Translations under genes and position numbers: made by a program | Assembly: GCA_030698395.1 (NCBI GenBank) | Contig: JAUYKW010000008.1 | Location: forward strand, 1,662-65,661 | Length of the DNA: 64,000 nucleotides | Reading direction: 5' to 3' | DNA from: a bacterium | GTDB taxonomy: Bacteria > Patescibacteriota > Patescibacteriia > UBA9570 | Shown here: positions 61,398 to 64,000 of the stretch, in pieces | Layout: every line of letters begins with the position of its first letter | How positions within the stretch are numbered: the first letter of the stretch is position 1 | The notes under the pieces: generated by a model | What the model saw: only the letters and a program-made list of their open reading frames with translations | The model's database searches: none | What the model was told of the DNA's origin: nothing

Positions 61398-61751
61398 ATG
61401 AACAAACAAATTATAAAAAATCAAAGACATTCACGACGTAAAGCTAGAGTTCGTGCTAAAGTAATGGGTACAAGCTCACGACCACGTTTGTCTGTGTATC
61501 GAAGTTTACAATATGTGTATGCACAGTTGATTGATGATGAGAATAGTAAAGTTCTTGCTGCTGCTACTGATAAAAAAATGGAGAAGAAAAGCACTAAAAC
61601 AGAAAATGCAAAAGCAGTAGGTTTAGCAATAGGTGAAGCAGCTAAGAAACAAGGCATCTTAGAAGCTGTATTTGATCGCGGTGGAAGAACATTCCATGGT
61701 CGAGTAAAAGCAGTAGCAGAAGGTGCACGTGAAAGTGGATTAAAATTTTAA
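61398..61751 (+). CDS. rplR: 50S ribosomal protein L18.
   Basis: Operon position and conserved family sequence. Confidence 0.9.
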   Translation: MNKQIIKNQRHSRRKARVRAKVMGTSSRPRLSVYRSLQYVYAQLIDDENSKVLAAATDKKMEKKSTKTENAKAVGLAIGEAAKKQGILEAVFDRGGRTFHGRVKAVAEGARESGLKF

Positions 61752-61754
61752 TAT

Positions 61755-62258
61755 ATGGCTAAGATAAGACGAAAAAAACAATCAGAACGAGATCGTCCTA
61801 AGGATGAATTTGAACAGCGAATCGTAGATTTGGCTCGTGTTACTCGAGTAATGGCGGGTGGAAAAAGAATGCGTTTTCGAGCTTGTGTTGTTGTGGGTGA
61901 TAAAAAAGGAAAAGTAGGTGCGGCTATTTCAAAAGGCCATGATGTTGCTGGTGCTGTAAATAAAGCTGTAAAAAAAGCCAAGAAGAACTTAATAACAGTT
62001 CCTCTAGTAAATGGTACAATTCCACATGAGGTTAACCTTAAGTATTCAAGCGCTCAGATTTTATTGAAGCCAGCTCGTAAGGGTAGAGGATTGATTGCTG
62101 GTGGTGCCGTGCGTTCTGTTTTGGAATTAGCCGGTGTACCAAATATCGTTGCAAAAATGAAAGGATCTCGAAATAAAATTAATAACGTTGGTGCAGTGAT
62201 GGAAGCTTTGAAATCATTGAGAACTAAAGAATCTATAGAGCGGACTAAATCAAGCTAA
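61755..62258 (+). CDS. rpsE: 30S ribosomal protein S5.
   Basis: Operon position and conserved family sequence. Confidence 0.95.
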   Translation: MAKIRRKKQSERDRPKDEFEQRIVDLARVTRVMAGGKRMRFRACVVVGDKKGKVGAAISKGHDVAGAVNKAVKKAKKNLITVPLVNGTIPHEVNLKYSSAQILLKPARKGRGLIAGGAVRSVLELAGVPNIVAKMKGSRNKINNVGAVMEALKSLRTKESIERTKSS

Positions 62259-62268
62259 ACTATAAATT

Positions 62269-62682
62269 ATGTTGTCATTAAAAACCGTATCATCTAGACA
62301 AAAGAGAAAACATAAAAAGCGCATTGGACGTGGTAATGCTTCTGGTACTGGTACTTATGCTGGGCGTGGACTTAAAGGTCAGCGTTCTCGATCTGGTGGT
62401 AAGGGTGGATTAAAGCTAAGAGGTTTAAAAGCTACTTTTAAGAGCGTACCGAAAAATAAAGGTTTTAAGAGTATTCAAGTAAAGAAAGACGTTACGAATG
62501 TAGGAACACTTGATAAAATGTATGAAGCTAACAGTATTGTACGACTAGATACACAAAAAATACTAGGACAAGGTGAGTTAACAAAATCTCTTACTGTATA
62601 TGCTGGTGAATTCTCAAAAACAGCTCAAGAAAAAATTGAACAACAAGGTGGAAAGGCAATCAAATGTGGGAAATCGTCTTAA
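62269..62682 (+). CDS. rplO: 50S ribosomal protein L15. It is directly adjacent to S5, with no L30 gene in between.
   Basis: A Gly/Arg-rich N-terminus typical of L15 is present. The 10-nt gap to rpsE leaves no room for rpmD. Confidence 0.9.
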   Translation: MLSLKTVSSRQKRKHKKRIGRGNASGTGTYAGRGLKGQRSRSGGKGGLKLRGLKATFKSVPKNKGFKSIQVKKDVTNVGTLDKMYEANSIVRLDTQKILGQGELTKSLTVYAGEFSKTAQEKIEQQGGKAIKCGKSS

Positions 62683-63932
62683 AAGTCTGGCGACATAAAG
62701 ATCTTAGAAAAAAGATTGGTTACGTATTAGGTTTGTTAGTAATTTTTAGATTTGCTGCTCATATTCCAATTCCGGGAATTGATATTTCAAATTTAGAAAG
62801 CTTTTTTAATTCTAATGCTTACTTAGGATTATTAAATGTATTTACTGGTGGAGCGTTAGAAAATTTTTCTATCGTGATGCTTGGTGTGGGTCCTTACATT
62901 ACGGCGTCAATTGTATTTCAATTGTTGAACATGATTGTGCCAAAGTTTGAAGAAATGCAAAAGGAAGCAGATGGTCAGAAGAAGATTCAACAATGGACCA
63001 GATATTTATCTGTACCGCTTGCTATGGCTCAGGGTTACGGAACAATCGCCTTATTACAAAGATCTGGTGGTGGAGTAATTGGTGAGTTAAGTGCTATACA
63101 GTGGGTAACAGCAATTACATTAGTTACTGCTGGTAGTGTATTTGTGATGTGGCTAGGTGAATTGATAACAGAAAAGAATATTGGAAATGGTATATCGTTA
63201 ATGATTTTTGCGGCTATTGTGGCTAGAATTCCAACTAGTATTCAACAAATGTTTACTACCTATGATCCGTCTCAATTACCTACAATTGTATTATTTGCAG
63301 CCTTTGCCTTGATAATGATTTATGGAATCGTATTTGTAACAGAAGGGCAACGTAATATTCCAATTGCTACAGCAAGACAATCTCGTGGACAGGCAGGTGT
63401 ACAAACACATTTACCGATTAGAGTGAATCAAGCAGGTGTAATTCCTATCATCTTTGCTGTTTCTTTAGTTTTATTCCCACCAATTATTGGTCAATTTATG
63501 ACTACATCAGCAATCGGCTGGGCTAGTACAGTTGGTTATTTTATAGTTGATGCGTTTAACAATCAATTTATCTATGGTGGATTATATTTTACTTTTGTAT
63601 TCATCTTTACATATTTTTATACAGCTGTGATTTTCAAACCAGAACAGATAGCGGAGAATTTACAAAAGCGTGGTTCTTTTATTCCAGGCGTTAGACCAGG
63701 TAAACCAACCTCAGATTATTTGAATTATATTTCTAATCATATTTTATTATTTGGTGCTATATTTTTAGGAGTTGTTGCAGTTTTACCAGTTGCTCTGCAA
63801 GCATTTGCAGTAGGTGGTGCTAATTCTATGGTGATAGGCGGTACATCTTTACTAATCGTTGTGTCAGTAGCAATTGAGACAGTTAAGCAAATACAAGCTC
63901 AATTACAAGTTAGAGACTACGAACGTTTCTAA
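62664..63932 (+). CDS. secY: Preprotein translocase SecY.
   Basis: It has 10 TM segments and the SecY signature region. Length is 422 aa. Confidence 0.95.
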   Translation: MWEIVLKVWRHKDLRKKIGYVLGLLVIFRFAAHIPIPGIDISNLESFFNSNAYLGLLNVFTGGALENFSIVMLGVGPYITASIVFQLLNMIVPKFEEMQKEADGQKKIQQWTRYLSVPLAMAQGYGTIALLQRSGGGVIGELSAIQWVTAITLVTAGSVFVMWLGELITEKNIGNGISLMIFAAIVARIPTSIQQMFTTYDPSQLPTIVLFAAFALIMIYGIVFVTEGQRNIPIATARQSRGQAGVQTHLPIRVNQAGVIPIIFAVSLVLFPPIIGQFMTTSAIGWASTVGYFIVDAFNNQFIYGGLYFTFVFIFTYFYTAVIFKPEQIAENLQKRGSFIPGVRPGKPTSDYLNYISNHILLFGAIFLGVVAVLPVALQAFAVGGANSMVIGGTSLLIVVSVAIETVKQIQAQLQVRDYERF

Positions 63933-63935
63933 AAT

Positions 63936-64000
63936 ATGAATAATATTTTATTATTTGGTCCACAGGGATCAGGCAAAGGTACGCAGGGAGAAAAATTGGC
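63936..64000 (+). CDS. adk: Adenylate kinase, 3'-truncated by the window edge.
   Basis: The N-terminus is MNNILLFGPQGSGKGTQ (P-loop). Confidence 0.9.
   Translation, partial: MNNILLFGPQGSGKGTQGEKL

Overview
This is a low-GC (~35%) bacterial chromosomal segment with every credible gene on the + strand. Several traits point to a Candidate Phyla Radiation/Patescibacteria-like organism (inference). The S10-spc ribosomal cluster has no L30 gene between S5 and L15. L23, L22 and S3 carry Lys-rich extensions. The type IV pilus locus has no secretin.

Gene content, left to right:
- A large secreted protein, truncated at the 5' window edge.
- A complete type IV pilus locus: pilM, pilN-like, pilO-like, an FN3 protein, pilB, a CheY-like receiver, pilT, pilC, two tandem pilA genes, pilD and four minor pilins.
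- ligA, gatC and gatA.
- A second CheY-like receiver, then ndk.
- An aromatic-leader-peptide attenuator, followed by a 16-gene aromatic supraoperon: DAHP synthase, trpE, trpG, trpD, trpC-F fusion, trpB, trpA, aroB, aroA-aroK fusion, aroD-aroE fusion, aroC, an acidic hypothetical, pheA-like, tyrA and chorismate mutase.
- A 3.4 kb compositionally anomalous island (35,855-39,231).
- An ATP-grasp/M20-peptidase fusion gene.
- tdh-kbl, a ferredoxin-like gene, an M50-like protease and a secreted FN3 protein.
- rpsL-rpsG, two small PLDc_N-like membrane proteins, fusA, a hypothetical and tuf.
- The S10/spc ribosomal operons through secY, and the start of adk.

The most unusual feature is the island. 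It is a tandem array of 3-4 GC-rich (50-62% GC) ORFs, two of them with strong high-GC third-codon-position bias. They are separated by AT-rich spacers that are themselves repeated. The spacers carry structured 5' leader and 3' trailer elements whose stems show compensatory base changes between copies. Next to these sit a 67-nt inverted repeat with a perfect 28-bp palindrome core and a stand-alone candidate sRNA with a consensus promoter and intrinsic terminator. No tRNA, rRNA or CRISPR array was seen.
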